Source of the DNA: Candidatus Micrarchaeota archaeon
GTDB lineage: Archaea; Micrarchaeota; Micrarchaeia; Anstonellales; Bilamarchaeaceae
NCBI GenBank assembly: GCA_964434735.1
Contig: CAYSWK010000001.1
Location: forward strand, 2,537 to 66,536
Reading direction: 5' to 3'
Length of the DNA stretch: 64,000 nt
Part shown: positions 39,302 through 48,484 of the stretch, piece by piece
Layout of the letters: every line of letters starts with the position of its first letter
Numbering within the stretch: position 1 is the first letter of the stretch
Made by a program: the position numbers and the translations under genes
Notes under the pieces: generated by a model
Told to the model about the DNA's origin: nothing
Databases searched by the model: none
What the model saw: the letters and a program-made list of their open reading frames with translations, nothing else

Positions 39302-39667
39302 TTAGTCTTCTGCAAAAGTATCGCCGATCTTTTGGAAAATCAAAAGCATTGCGATGAAGAAGACAATTATCAGGAAGAGCACGTTGTCGGATTTTTGGAA
39401 AACGATGTACACGATTGCACTGCCTACTGCAAGGAAAGTAATAAGCAAAAGAACCCGCGTCTCCTTCTTTTGTTGAGATGCCTCTTTTGAAGAATGCATA
39501 GGCGGCTCAGCAACAGGAGTTTCCATCCGTTCAAATGAAAGGGGCTCGAGTGTTGCCTTGTCTGCCAAAGGATAATTAAGGGGCTTTTTAACTGCAGATT
39601 TTTTAGAAGGTTGCTTCTTGACTGCAGATTTTAATGGTTTTTTTGAAGATGATTTTTTCGCTGCCAT
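39302..39667 (-). CDS. Lys-rich (KKP/KKS repeats) membrane-anchored hypothetical protein
   Basis: N-terminal AAKKSSSKKPLKSAVKKQPSKKSAVKKPL, then two C-terminal TM helices. Confidence 0.35.
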   Translation of the reverse strand: MAAKKSSSKKPLKSAVKKQPSKKSAVKKPLNYPLADKATLEPLSFERMETPVAEPPMHSSKEASQQKKETRVLLLITFLAVGSAIVYIVFQKSDNVLFLIIVFFIAMLLIFQKIGDTFAED

Positions 39668-39907
39668 AAGTAAAACAAGAACGGCACAGTATAAAAATGT
39701 TTTGGCTGGCACAATATGCTTTTACGAGGTTAAAGCAAATAAGCGACAGCCCGCACAAAACCAAAAACAAAAGAGACGCCAATTCGCGCATTTTTCATGG
39801 AGCAAAACCCGGAACTGAAGACAGAAAACTCGACCCAGGTGTCGCAACGCGACACTGGCCTCTTGTCAGATGCGTCGGACAAACGAAACGATCGATTGAT
39901 AAAAATA

Positions 39908-39979
39908 TGCGCTCGCCGGGATTTGAACCCGGGTCAGTGGATTGGAAGTCCACGATCCTAACCGCTAGACTACAAGCGC
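39908..39979 (-). tRNA. tRNA-Gly (anticodon UCC)
   Basis: Reverse complement GCGCUUG-UA-GUCUAGCGGUUAGGAUC-GUGGA-CUUCCAA-UCCAC-UGAC-CCGGGUUCAAAUCCCGG-CGAGCGC-A is a canonical cloverleaf with no intron. Confidence 0.85.
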
Positions 39980-40024
39980 AAAATAAGCAAATACCATTTG
40001 TAGGAAGTAGTTTTTAAATGGTTT

Positions 40025-40693
40025 TCATTGGGAATCAAATGCGCTTACAAGCGACTCCAAGAACGTTTTGGGGTCTTTTGCCTTCACAAACGCGCTTGCA
40101 AGCAAGACCCCTTCTGCACCAAGCCGCAGCGCATTCTTGACGTCTTCGGCGTTGCTTACTCCTGCACCGCACAAAACAGTAATGTTCGGATTTATTTTCT
40201 TAATTGCAGCAACGGTGCCAGTAACTACTTCGGGCTTTGCATTTGAAACGCTTACGCCAGAACCGATAAGCTCGGGTGGCTCAACTGCAATAAATGAAGG
40301 ATTAAACAACGCAAGTTTCTGCGCCTCCGCAATACTGTCTGCGCACACGATGCTCTCAAGGTCAAAAAAATGAAGCTTCAAAATCGCTTCTTTTACCTGC
40401 GTATGCGGGAGCTTTTTTTCCGAATGATTGAGAAGGGATCCGGTTGCACCAAGTTGTGCCAACGATTCTGCAGGAACCGAACCCGTAAATGCTCCGGAAT
40501 CGTTTGCGTCGGCATGCTGCGCAAACACGTCATCATACTCCAAAAGCGCATCCTTAATGCATGTAAGGGGAGGTGCAAGCACAATCCGGACATCTGTTTT
40601 GGAAGCAACTTCAGAGCATATTCTTGCAAACAGTGAGGTCTTTTCAAGGCTTAAGGGGTAGGTTTTAAGGTTCAAGACGATCATAGATATCAA
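40025..40693 (-). CDS. tpiA: Triosephosphate isomerase (short archaeal form)
   Basis: MIVLNLKTY N-terminus, NHSEKK catalytic His region, AVEPPELIGSG catalytic Glu, about 222 aa. Confidence 0.85.
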   Translation of the reverse strand: MISMIVLNLKTYPLSLEKTSLFARICSEVASKTDVRIVLAPPLTCIKDALLEYDDVFAQHADANDSGAFTGSVPAESLAQLGATGSLLNHSEKKLPHTQVKEAILKLHFFDLESIVCADSIAEAQKLALFNPSFIAVEPPELIGSGVSVSNAKPEVVTGTVAAIKKINPNITVLCGAGVSNAEDVKNALRLGAEGVLLASAFVKAKDPKTFLESLVSAFDSQ

Positions 40694-40715
40694 TTTTAAA
40701 TAGTTTGAATAGAAT

Positions 40716-40723
40716 TTTATATG
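40716..40723 (+). promoter_or_regulatory. TATA-box-like element upstream of tRNA-Ser(CGA)
   Basis: TTTTATAT about 22-29 nt upstream of the tRNA 5' end. Confidence 0.35.
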
Positions 40724-40744
40724 AGTGTGTTTTATTGCCAGGAT

Positions 40745-40840
40745 CGCATAATCCGGTAGTGCGTCAGTCTCGAAAACAATTATCGTGTAAACTGATCCGT
40801 AAGGATTGTAGGTTCAAATCCTACTCCTGGCGTTTTTCTT
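40745..40840 (+). tRNA. tRNA-Ser (anticodon CGA) with a 15-nt intron at the canonical 37/38 position
   Basis: Acceptor GCCAGGA/UCCUGGC, anticodon stem UCAGU...ACUGA interrupted by CUCGAAA plus a 15-nt insert, long variable arm UCCGUAAGGA, T-arm GUAGG-UUCAAAU-CCUAC, followed by a T-run. Confidence 0.7.
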
Positions 40841-40850
40841 TAACATTTTT
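40841..40850 (+). terminator. Oligo-T archaeal terminator after tRNA-Ser(CGA)
   Basis: TTTTTCTTT immediately 3' of the tRNA. Confidence 0.35.
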
Positions 40851-40942
40851 AATGTATTGCATATAACAACCAAATAACATTTTTTGATGAAACTTTTTCT
40901 CTAAAGTTTCTTTGATTAAAAACTCTTAGCAAGAAAGTTTAT

Positions 40943-41093
40943 GCCACTGTAACTCAGCGGTAGAGTGCCTCTCTCGTAAATCGGTTTTAAATTTCGAGTT
41001 GGGCGTTTCGTCTCAAAAAACGAAACGCAACACGGAAAACGATCAACCGATCAGGACAGGAGGAAGTCAGGAGTTCAAATCTCCTCTGTGGCT
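40943..41093 (+). tRNA. tRNA-Thr (anticodon CGU) with a 79-nt intron at 37/38
   Basis: Acceptor GCCACUG/CUGUGGC (one U-U), D-arm ACUC-AGCGGUA-GAGU, anticodon stem CCUCU/GGAGG, loop CUCGUA|A split by a 79-nt insert (40979-41057), T-arm AGGAG-UUCAAAU-CUCCU. Confidence 0.65.
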
Positions 41094-41131
41094 TAGTTGC
41101 CTTTTTTATATCTTGCTCCTGAAAGGAACGC

Positions 41132-41764
41132 ATGGGAATCGAAAAAGAAGTGCAAATTCCAAACCCCAGTTCCATCATGAACGCAGTACATATTGCACTC
41201 GATACGTATGATGATATTTTCTCCGATTTTGACCCCTCGCCTTATCATGAACGAGCATTATCAACAGATTTCCTTATAGAAATGAAAAAACGCGGCATTG
41301 AAAAACATAATGACCAGATCGAAATCCGGTTTTCCCTACCAAATATGTATCGGGACCTTAAATTAGAAACACTCATAAAAAAACGACTAAGAACGTATTT
41401 TTCCAAAAAAGCTGAAGACGAGCTTAAAAAAGCAAAAAAAGAGTATATGAATGCCGCCAAAAAAACATTTGTAGGATTTATGTTCTTATTTTTTGAAATG
41501 ATTACTGAATATTATAGTATAGAGGATTTGTGGGTCCGGTTAATTAGCATACCTATGATACCTGCAGGATGGTACTTATTGTATAGCTCATTTGAGACGA
41601 TAGTTGATCATAACCACATTCATCTTGGAAAAATAAAATACCTCCAAAAAATTTCAAAGGCATCATTCCAATTCATATCTGAAGAAGACGTGCTTAAAGT
41701 ACTGTCTGAAAACCAAGAAACAAGGCAGGGGGAACAACCCGCTAACAATAAAAATACTTCTTAG
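41132..41764 (+). CDS. Hypothetical protein with two TM helices
   Basis: 210 aa ORF; TM segments at about 115-140 and 150-170; no family recognised. Confidence 0.35.
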   Translation: MGIEKEVQIPNPSSIMNAVHIALDTYDDIFSDFDPSPYHERALSTDFLIEMKKRGIEKHNDQIEIRFSLPNMYRDLKLETLIKKRLRTYFSKKAEDELKKAKKEYMNAAKKTFVGFMFLFFEMITEYYSIEDLWVRLISIPMIPAGWYLLYSSFETIVDHNHIHLGKIKYLQKISKASFQFISEEDVLKVLSENQETRQGEQPANNKNTS

Positions 41765-41787
41765 CACAAAAAATATACGCTTTTTGT

Positions 41788-41860
41788 GGGGTCGTGATGT
41801 AACTTGGTAGCCTGCGAGCTTTGGGAGTTCGTTGTCTGAGTTCAAATCTCGGCGACCCCA
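41788..41860 (+). tRNA. tRNA-Pro (anticodon UGG), probable
   Basis: Acceptor GGGGUCG/CGACCCC, anticodon stem CGAGC/GUUCG with loop UUUGGGA (G37), T-arm CUGAG-UUCAAAU-CUCGG, followed by T6. The D-stem has one mismatch. Confidence 0.6.
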
Positions 41861-41947
41861 TATTTTTTATCCGCTGATCGTTTCCGGTTTAGAGGTTCCT
41901 ATTTTGGGTTTTCAGTTTAGAGTTTTGACGTTTAGGTTTTTTCTCAG

Positions 41948-42901
41948 CTAAAAATAATCCGCAAGGGTCACTGCTTTTTTCTTTGCCTGTTGCGGAAAGC
42001 ATATGCGCTTGAATACGCATAACTCACACGTTGTACGCTCAGCAGTCATGGGAGCATTTTCTTCAGTAACGGCATTGGTGAACGAATCAACAAGAACAGA
42101 TTTAAGCAAACGGATATTGTCGCTCAAAAGAGTTTTTGCAGTTTGAAAGATTTCTATAGTACAAACGCATTCTGTTTCCTGAACAGCGCCAAGCCGCAGC
42201 TCGCAAAGAACAATTGACTCTGGAGCGACGTTCCATTTTTGAACAACATATATCAGATAACAAAGGCGCTGAAGCGCATAGTCCTTTTCTACCTTACGCG
42301 TCGTTTTCCAATCATAAATGTAAACCTTATTTTCATGCTTGAAAACAAGGTCTGGCTTTGCATAGATCTTTGTTGAATCGAGCATAAACGGATCAAGTGT
42401 ATCTTCGTCAATTGAAAGAAACGAGTCCGAAGCCGCCGAATTGATCATTGCAAATGCTTTTGATTTTGCAAATGAATCGATACAGGAAAGACCATGGAGA
42501 ATACTTTCCTGAATAACGTCTTCCCCCAACGGGACGGAATACTCATGCTCAAAAAATCGTACCGCAGAAATCCCTTGTTTTGAAGAGGAAACCATTGCAA
42601 GAAAACGGCTCTTGAATATAGATTTGGCAGTTTCAGGATCCCAGGGCTTTCCTGCTTTTATGGAAAGAATTGCCGATTTTATAATCTCATGCACGAGCGT
42701 CCCTATAACGGTCTCCTTATGCACCAATTTTTTAAGAAAATAAAGTTCTTTTGCAAGAGCATCCCCGCTTCCTCGAGGCCAGCCTTCCCAAGAACGGTAA
42801 CGTGAATAATAATATTTGCGCCTGCATGTTTCGAATTCCATGGCTCGGGAAAAGGACCAGGAAAATTCGTTTTTTAATGGAGGCATGAACTTGAAGCTCA
42901 A
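41948..42901 (-). CDS. PD-(D/E)xK nuclease-family protein with C-terminal Cys cluster (Cas4/RecB-nuclease-like), standalone
   Basis: KPDLVFKHENKVYIYDWKTT matches the D...E.K core of RecB-family nucleases. The C-terminal ECVC...CELCVFKRIC resembles the Cas4/AddB 4Fe-4S cysteine arrangement. Confidence 0.55.
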   Translation of the reverse strand: MSFKFMPPLKNEFSWSFSRAMEFETCRRKYYYSRYRSWEGWPRGSGDALAKELYFLKKLVHKETVIGTLVHEIIKSAILSIKAGKPWDPETAKSIFKSRFLAMVSSSKQGISAVRFFEHEYSVPLGEDVIQESILHGLSCIDSFAKSKAFAMINSAASDSFLSIDEDTLDPFMLDSTKIYAKPDLVFKHENKVYIYDWKTTRKVEKDYALQRLCYLIYVVQKWNVAPESIVLCELRLGAVQETECVCTIEIFQTAKTLLSDNIRLLKSVLVDSFTNAVTEENAPMTAERTTCELCVFKRICFPQQAKKKAVTLADYF

Positions 42902-42938
42902 ACGAAGTATTTAAATCCTCACCGTGTGACAGAAGTTT

Positions 42939-44255
42939 ATGAGTCTTCAGATTAAGGGTGAGCCTCGACCTTATTTTACACTCGTAGTCATTCTCATACT
43001 AGGAATTTTTGTCGGTTTTTTAATAAAATTACTCGGGTACTTTTGGGTCATCCTTATACCCAATGTTTTCCTTCTTGCACTGACAGTTATTCTTTTAGTT
43101 GCCTATTTTGACCTTAAACAAACAAAAACAAAAACAACGCAAAGCAAACTACCTTCTCTTACCGTAATAATTCCCTGCTTCAATTCCAAAAAAACAGTCT
43201 TCAGGACGATAGAATGCATAAAAGAATCGGATTATTCAGGAGAACTTGACATCATCGTTGTTGATGATGGGAGCACTGATGGCTCGCGCGAACTGCTCCT
43301 TCAAACAAAAGGAATAACTCCTCTTCTGCTTGAAAAAAATGGAGGAAAGGCAAAAGCACTTAATGAGGCGCTTAAATCCGCAAAAGGATACGCGGTGGCA
43401 TGCATTGACTCTGACTCTTACCCTGAAAAATCGGCACTGAAAAATGCAGTTTCGCTCCTTATGGAAGATGAAAAAACGGGCGCAGTTACCTGCTTTATCC
43501 GCGTGGAAAAACCTGATTCGTTCCTTAAAAAAATCCAAGACATAGAATACCTTACAGGATTTGGATTCTCGCAAATGACCACGAATTTCATGGATGCGAT
43601 TTTTGTTGCCCCAGGTCCGACAACCATTTTCAGGAAAAAAATACTTCTTGAAATTGGCGGCTATGATGAAGATAATATAACTGAGGATCTTGAAATTGCC
43701 TGGCGCCTTCGTAAATACGGCCACAAAATAGAATATACTCCTGAAGCAGTCGTATATACTGATGTCCCTGAAACAATTTATTCGTTGTACCGACAACGAT
43801 TACGCTGGTACCGTGGAAAAATATTCAACATACGAAAACATTATGATATGTTATTCAACCCAAAATATGGGTTGTTTGGCATGTTCATCCTGCCCATTTC
43901 ATTCTCTGCAGAGGTGGCGGGAACGGTGCTCAGTTTTTCATTCTTATATCTCATACTTAACCAGTTATGGTGGACTGCGCAGTATGTGTTGTCAAACGCT
44001 GCCCTCGGTGCGCCTCTTTTTGATATATCTGGCTTTTTAGTAGTAGGCGTATCGATGATGGCAATGGGCGTGGTCCTTATCTCCCCTTGGCTTTTCGTAG
44101 TTGGATTAAGCCATATCATCGGCAAAAAGCAGGTGTCCATCCTTGACCTACCGATAATGATCATCTTCTTACTTTTTTATGGAACAGTAATATCCTTTTT
44201 TTATTGTATGAGCGTTATTAAGGAAATTAATAGGAGTGATTACAAATGGAAATAG
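42939..44255 (+). CDS. Membrane-integrated processive family-2 glycosyltransferase (cellulose/chitin/PNAG synthase-like)
   Basis: VVDDGSTDGS, DSDS, TEDLE and QRLRWYRG (the QxxRW signature of processive GT2) flanked by N- and C-terminal TM helices. Confidence 0.8.
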   Translation: MSLQIKGEPRPYFTLVVILILGIFVGFLIKLLGYFWVILIPNVFLLALTVILLVAYFDLKQTKTKTTQSKLPSLTVIIPCFNSKKTVFRTIECIKESDYSGELDIIVVDDGSTDGSRELLLQTKGITPLLLEKNGGKAKALNEALKSAKGYAVACIDSDSYPEKSALKNAVSLLMEDEKTGAVTCFIRVEKPDSFLKKIQDIEYLTGFGFSQMTTNFMDAIFVAPGPTTIFRKKILLEIGGYDEDNITEDLEIAWRLRKYGHKIEYTPEAVVYTDVPETIYSLYRQRLRWYRGKIFNIRKHYDMLFNPKYGLFGMFILPISFSAEVAGTVLSFSFLYLILNQLWWTAQYVLSNAALGAPLFDISGFLVVGVSMMAMGVVLISPWLFVVGLSHIIGKKQVSILDLPIMIIFLLFYGTVISFFYCMSVIKEINRSDYKWK

Positions 44256-44902
44256 CCTCAAAAAATGTCTTTCTTAAAGCGGCAATTATTGCAATATTCG
44301 TGTTCCTTGCGTCAATAGGGGTCGGGTTTTATATCGAATCTGAGCACTATGCAAAAGCAGAAAACCAACTTCTTGAACTACAAGAAGGGGCTGACAACTC
44401 ATTATTATTTTCACTTTTCCTTAGAACGCACACACAGAATGATTCCGTATGTAAAGTACTCAAAGCGCAAGTAGATGAATCTGCGCAAACAACGTATAAT
44501 CTCTATGGTGAACTTGAAGACAGTAAAAGTACGAGCGTATTCAATAATTACGCCCAGCTTCGCAAAAAATATTTCCTAGCAAACATGCGATTTTACCTTA
44601 CGCTTAAGGATTACGCACTCTCATGCAAAGACGAGTCCCTTAAACCCGTACTCTTTTTTTACAACACCAGAAATGATTGCCCCGCATGTGCTGCGCAGGG
44701 GCAAGTTCTTGACCAGGTACGAAACGAATGTCCAAACGCGCGAGTATACGCATTTCCCACAGACATCGAGGATCTTTCAATGATAAGGGCATTTAAAACA
44801 TATTACTCAATTAAAACGGCACCAACGTTAGTCATCAATGATAAAACATATGATTCATTGGTTTCAAAACAACAGATAAAACAGGCAATAGGGTGCAAAT
44901 AA
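44246..44902 (+). CDS. Membrane-anchored thioredoxin-fold protein (CPAC motif)
   Basis: N-terminal TM anchor. NTRNDCPACAAQ is a CxxC within a thioredoxin-like context. It overlaps the GT2 stop. Confidence 0.5.
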   Translation: MEIASKNVFLKAAIIAIFVFLASIGVGFYIESEHYAKAENQLLELQEGADNSLLFSLFLRTHTQNDSVCKVLKAQVDESAQTTYNLYGELEDSKSTSVFNNYAQLRKKYFLANMRFYLTLKDYALSCKDESLKPVLFFYNTRNDCPACAAQGQVLDQVRNECPNARVYAFPTDIEDLSMIRAFKTYYSIKTAPTLVINDKTYDSLVSKQQIKQAIGCK

Positions 44903-44970
44903 CGAAGTGAATGCGCGATACCTATTTAAGCTTATTTTCTCTCTTTTTATACAAATTATTTGGTGAACAT

Positions 44971-45543
44971 ATGGTACTTGAACTAGTTGGTTTTGCATGT
45001 GTAGGATTAGGTGTCGTTGCACTTGTAGGTGCCGGACTGTATCTTTGGTCCTTACAAAATCGGCTTGTTGATTTGAAAAACCGGGTCGATAACGCGTGGG
45101 CGCAAATAGACGTACAGCTCAAGCGAAGGTACGACCTTATCCCGAACCTGGTTGAAACAGTAAAGGGGTACATGAAGCACGAGAAAGAAACGCTTGAAAA
45201 CGTCACAAAAGCACGTGCCGGATTGCAAACGGGCTCAGTTGAAGACAAAATCCAGGCAAACAACATGCTTTCACAGACATTGAAAACATTGTTTGCAGTT
45301 GCAGAAAGTTATCCTCAGTTAAAGGCAAATGAAAATTTCCTTAAATTACAAGATGAGCTTGCAGGTACTGAGAACAAGATTGCATATATACGAACTGCAT
45401 ACAACGATGCAGTCATGGCATTCAACACAACCATCCAGAAATTCCCCGCATCAATCTTTGCGGCACTTATCGGATTTGGATCTAAACTACCTTACCTTGA
45501 AACGCCTGAGGAAGAACGCAAGAATGTCCAGGTAAAATTCTAG
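44971..45543 (+). CDS. lemA: LemA-family protein
   Basis: N-terminal TM, then LKNRVDNAWAQIDVQLKRRYDLIPNLVETVKGY, the characteristic LemA motif. Confidence 0.8.
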   Translation: MVLELVGFACVGLGVVALVGAGLYLWSLQNRLVDLKNRVDNAWAQIDVQLKRRYDLIPNLVETVKGYMKHEKETLENVTKARAGLQTGSVEDKIQANNMLSQTLKTLFAVAESYPQLKANENFLKLQDELAGTENKIAYIRTAYNDAVMAFNTTIQKFPASIFAALIGFGSKLPYLETPEEERKNVQVKF

Positions 45544-45554
45544 CGTGATCACAC

Positions 45555-46433
45555 TTGGAAAACAAAGTAAGTTTCTTTGACAGGATTGAGGCGAACAAAA
45601 GAAACTCGATCCTTTTTCTTTTCTTTATGTTCGGGATATTTGCATTCATGATACTTGTTTTTTCATATGCATTTGACTTGGGAATTTTCGGCGCAATAAT
45701 AGGATTTCTTGTACTAGGAGTATATGCGACCATAACCTATTTTGCAGGAGATGCAATCATCCTTGCATTATCACGTGCAAAACCGCTCACGAACGAGGAA
45801 TTCCCGTTTGTATTTAATGTTGTTGAAGGGCTTGCGATCGCAAGCGGAATCCCCGTTCCAAAAATATATATTATGGAAGATCCCGCACTCAATGCATTTG
45901 CAACCGGAAGAAATCCTTCAAAAAGTGCAGTGGTGCTTACGCGAGGGATACTTACTGCATTGAATAAAGAGGAACTTGAAGGCGTACTCGCGCATGAAAT
46001 ATCCCATATCGCAAACAACGATGTCCAATTTTCAATGGTTGCGGTGGTTTTTGCAGGTTCGATAGCATTGCTTTCTGATATGCTTTGGAGAAGCATGAGA
46101 TTCTCAGGCGGAGGCTCACGCAAAGGCAATCCGTTTATGCTTATTGCAATCGTTTTTGCAATAATTGCGCCGTTCTTTGCGGAATTAGTACGATTTGCAT
46201 TGTCACGCGAACGGGAATACCTTGCAGATGCAAACGGTGCAAAACTTACACGTTACCCTGAAGGCCTTGCAAAAGCACTTGAAAAATTAGCAAACAACAA
46301 CCTACCTGTACAAAATGCGACAAAGACGACCGCAAGCCTTTATTTTGCTGAGCCCTTGCGGGGCGGATTTGGGTCACTTTTCTCAACTCACCCGCCGATA
46401 CAGGAAAGAATCAAACGCCTTAGGGCGATGTAA
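45555..46433 (+). CDS. htpX: HtpX-like M48 zinc metalloprotease
   Basis: HEISHIANND (HExxH) plus a downstream EREYLAD Glu. There are 4 TM helices. It pairs with LemA as is commonly seen. Confidence 0.85.
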   Translation: MENKVSFFDRIEANKRNSILFLFFMFGIFAFMILVFSYAFDLGIFGAIIGFLVLGVYATITYFAGDAIILALSRAKPLTNEEFPFVFNVVEGLAIASGIPVPKIYIMEDPALNAFATGRNPSKSAVVLTRGILTALNKEELEGVLAHEISHIANNDVQFSMVAVVFAGSIALLSDMLWRSMRFSGGGSRKGNPFMLIAIVFAIIAPFFAELVRFALSREREYLADANGAKLTRYPEGLAKALEKLANNNLPVQNATKTTASLYFAEPLRGGFGSLFSTHPPIQERIKRLRAM

Positions 46434-46464
46434 CATTTATTAACCATAAGAAAGGTATATATCA

Positions 46465-48153
46465 ATGGCAGAGTTCGACGAAATCCTTATTACGACAGGT
46501 GTTGACGCCCTTGTGCGCCTGGTAAAGGAAAAAGGCCGGATTGAGCTTGAACTTGCTTCAAAACTTCTTATGATCCCTTCAACAACTATCCAGGATTGGG
46601 CAAAAATCCTTGAAGAAGAAGGAGTTCTCAAAGTTGAGTATTACCTTACAAAAGTATATTTAAGCTGGGCTGAAAAATCTGACGTCGAAATTCAGGCAAG
46701 AACAGAAACGCTCAAAGAAGAAAAGAAAGAAGTCATCTCCCAAGCAGAAGCGCTCAAAAAAGAAGTGACCCCTCAAATAGAGGAACTCGATGGGCTTAAG
46801 GAATCCTTTGAACAGGTGTATAAAAAACTCCAGCCACGACTTGAAATGATAGAAAAGAAATTGGGCGAAAGCAAATCACAAGTCGATACTTCAAAACTTG
46901 ACACGAAAATCCAGGAAACAGAAGATAAAATTTCAACGCTTCTTGAAGAGCTTACAGAATTAAAAACAGAACTTGAAGAATCGAAGGAAAATGTCAAAAA
47001 AATAGATGGGATTGGGCAAAAAATAGAGCAATTCAGCGAACTTAAAACACGCGTTACGGATCTTCTTGAGTCAATAGATACGGTGAAAACGCATGCAAGC
47101 TCCGCGCCCTCGCCAACGGAATTGCCAGACGTAAGCGATCTCAAGAAAAAATTTGAGCAAATAAAAGGAGAGTATGCTACGCTCAAAAAACAAAATGGCC
47201 AGCTTCGACTCGAATTAACAAACATCGCAGAAGGCAAGGAAATTTTATCCCACGTTGCAAGCGCAATAGGGAATTATTCCGAGGACGCGCAAAAACTGCA
47301 TGCCGACCTCAAGGCAATGAAAACAGTTGCCGATGAACTTGCCGCACAGAGTGCTGAAATTTCAAATAAGATTAAAAATGACCTCGATGCGGTGGACCAT
47401 TTCTCAGATTCAATTACGGTTGCAAAAGGAATCCTCCAGCGATTCCCCTCCCAAGAACAATTAATGGGCAAACTGGATGAGATACTCAAGAAAGAGCAAA
47501 TATTGGATGGAAAACTTGAAGCATTTGCAAAAATTGCAAATTCCCTTGATGAAACACAATCAGTAAGCGAAGATTTTGAAGACCTTAAAAACCAGATAGA
47601 GACGACCAAGGAAATGCTCGAATCCGAAAGCAATGACATATTCAACTCCATAACCGAAGCAGGTGATGCATACGCAACCTACCAGCAAATACGGGACAGG
47701 ACAGTAAAATCAATTGAAAATTACGGCTCAAAAATAGTTGAAATAGAAGCGGATGTAAAAAAAGCGAAGAAAGAACTTGATGCAGAGCTTGAGCAGGCAA
47801 AAAAAGCAATAGATTCGGCTTCACGCGAAGCAACAAAAATAGAAGGAATCGGCAACATCGATGACCTTCTTGAGAAAAAGAAGGCGCTTGAAGAAATCCA
47901 CTCCGCAATTGATTCACTCACGCTTACTGCTGACGGCCTTCGACGACAAATAGAAGTACTTGGAAAAGAAGTTCAACTGGTTTCAATCCAATCTTCGGGC
48001 GCAAGCGGAAAGCCTCGAACCGAACAGGAATCGAAAGTCATCGAGACCAAAATCTCAAACCAGATAACGCTTACCAAGGACGAGGAAGCGGAATTCAAGA
48101 AAAAACGGGACGAACTCAAGAATTTGATCAAGAAGTTGTGGGAAGATAACTAA
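46465..48153 (+). CDS. Long coiled-coil protein with N-terminal winged-helix-like domain
   Basis: The N-terminal 70 aa (ILITTGVDALVRLVKEKGRIELELASKLLMIPSTTIQDWAKILEEEGVL) is wHTH-like. The remaining roughly 490 aa are heptad-rich, E/K-rich coiled coil. Confidence 0.4.
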   Translation: MAEFDEILITTGVDALVRLVKEKGRIELELASKLLMIPSTTIQDWAKILEEEGVLKVEYYLTKVYLSWAEKSDVEIQARTETLKEEKKEVISQAEALKKEVTPQIEELDGLKESFEQVYKKLQPRLEMIEKKLGESKSQVDTSKLDTKIQETEDKISTLLEELTELKTELEESKENVKKIDGIGQKIEQFSELKTRVTDLLESIDTVKTHASSAPSPTELPDVSDLKKKFEQIKGEYATLKKQNGQLRLELTNIAEGKEILSHVASAIGNYSEDAQKLHADLKAMKTVADELAAQSAEISNKIKNDLDAVDHFSDSITVAKGILQRFPSQEQLMGKLDEILKKEQILDGKLEAFAKIANSLDETQSVSEDFEDLKNQIETTKEMLESESNDIFNSITEAGDAYATYQQIRDRTVKSIENYGSKIVEIEADVKKAKKELDAELEQAKKAIDSASREATKIEGIGNIDDLLEKKKALEEIHSAIDSLTLTADGLRRQIEVLGKEVQLVSIQSSGASGKPRTEQESKVIETKISNQITLTKDEEAEFKKKRDELKNLIKKLWEDN

Positions 48154-48484
48154 TCCGTACATAAACAAGATTTTTCCGCACCTGTTGTTCAACCAATCTT
48201 TCATTGCTTTAAGCTCAAGAGGCCATTACCAGGTGCGGAAAGAATAATTTAAGCATGAAAAGAAATTAAGAATCAGCCGTTTTTCTGTTTTGTTGCAGGA
48301 GGTACGATTTTAGGTTCAGAACTGTCTGTTGCCCGATCAATTAAGGGTACGTGATCCCTGTTCCTCTTATCTCTGCCCCTACCTCGCAATCTCTTTGGAC
48401 TCAAACGAGTAGTATCTTTGGCAACAGTTACCATTCCTATAGTATCCCCCTCTTTACGCAAAATAAATAAAAAAGAAAAAGAAA

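Noticed and set aside
41886-41938. Three GTTTAG(A)G copies considered as a mini-CRISPR or repeat array
   Set aside because: The units are only 8-10 nt, irregularly spaced (26 and 20 nt) and imperfect. No cas1/cas2 is present. They are reported only as possible binding sites in the Cas4-like nuclease finding.
43236-43796. 186-aa minus-strand ORF inside the GT2 gene
   Set aside because: Antisense to a motif-rich glycosyltransferase. It is Cys/Arg/Phe-rich junk.
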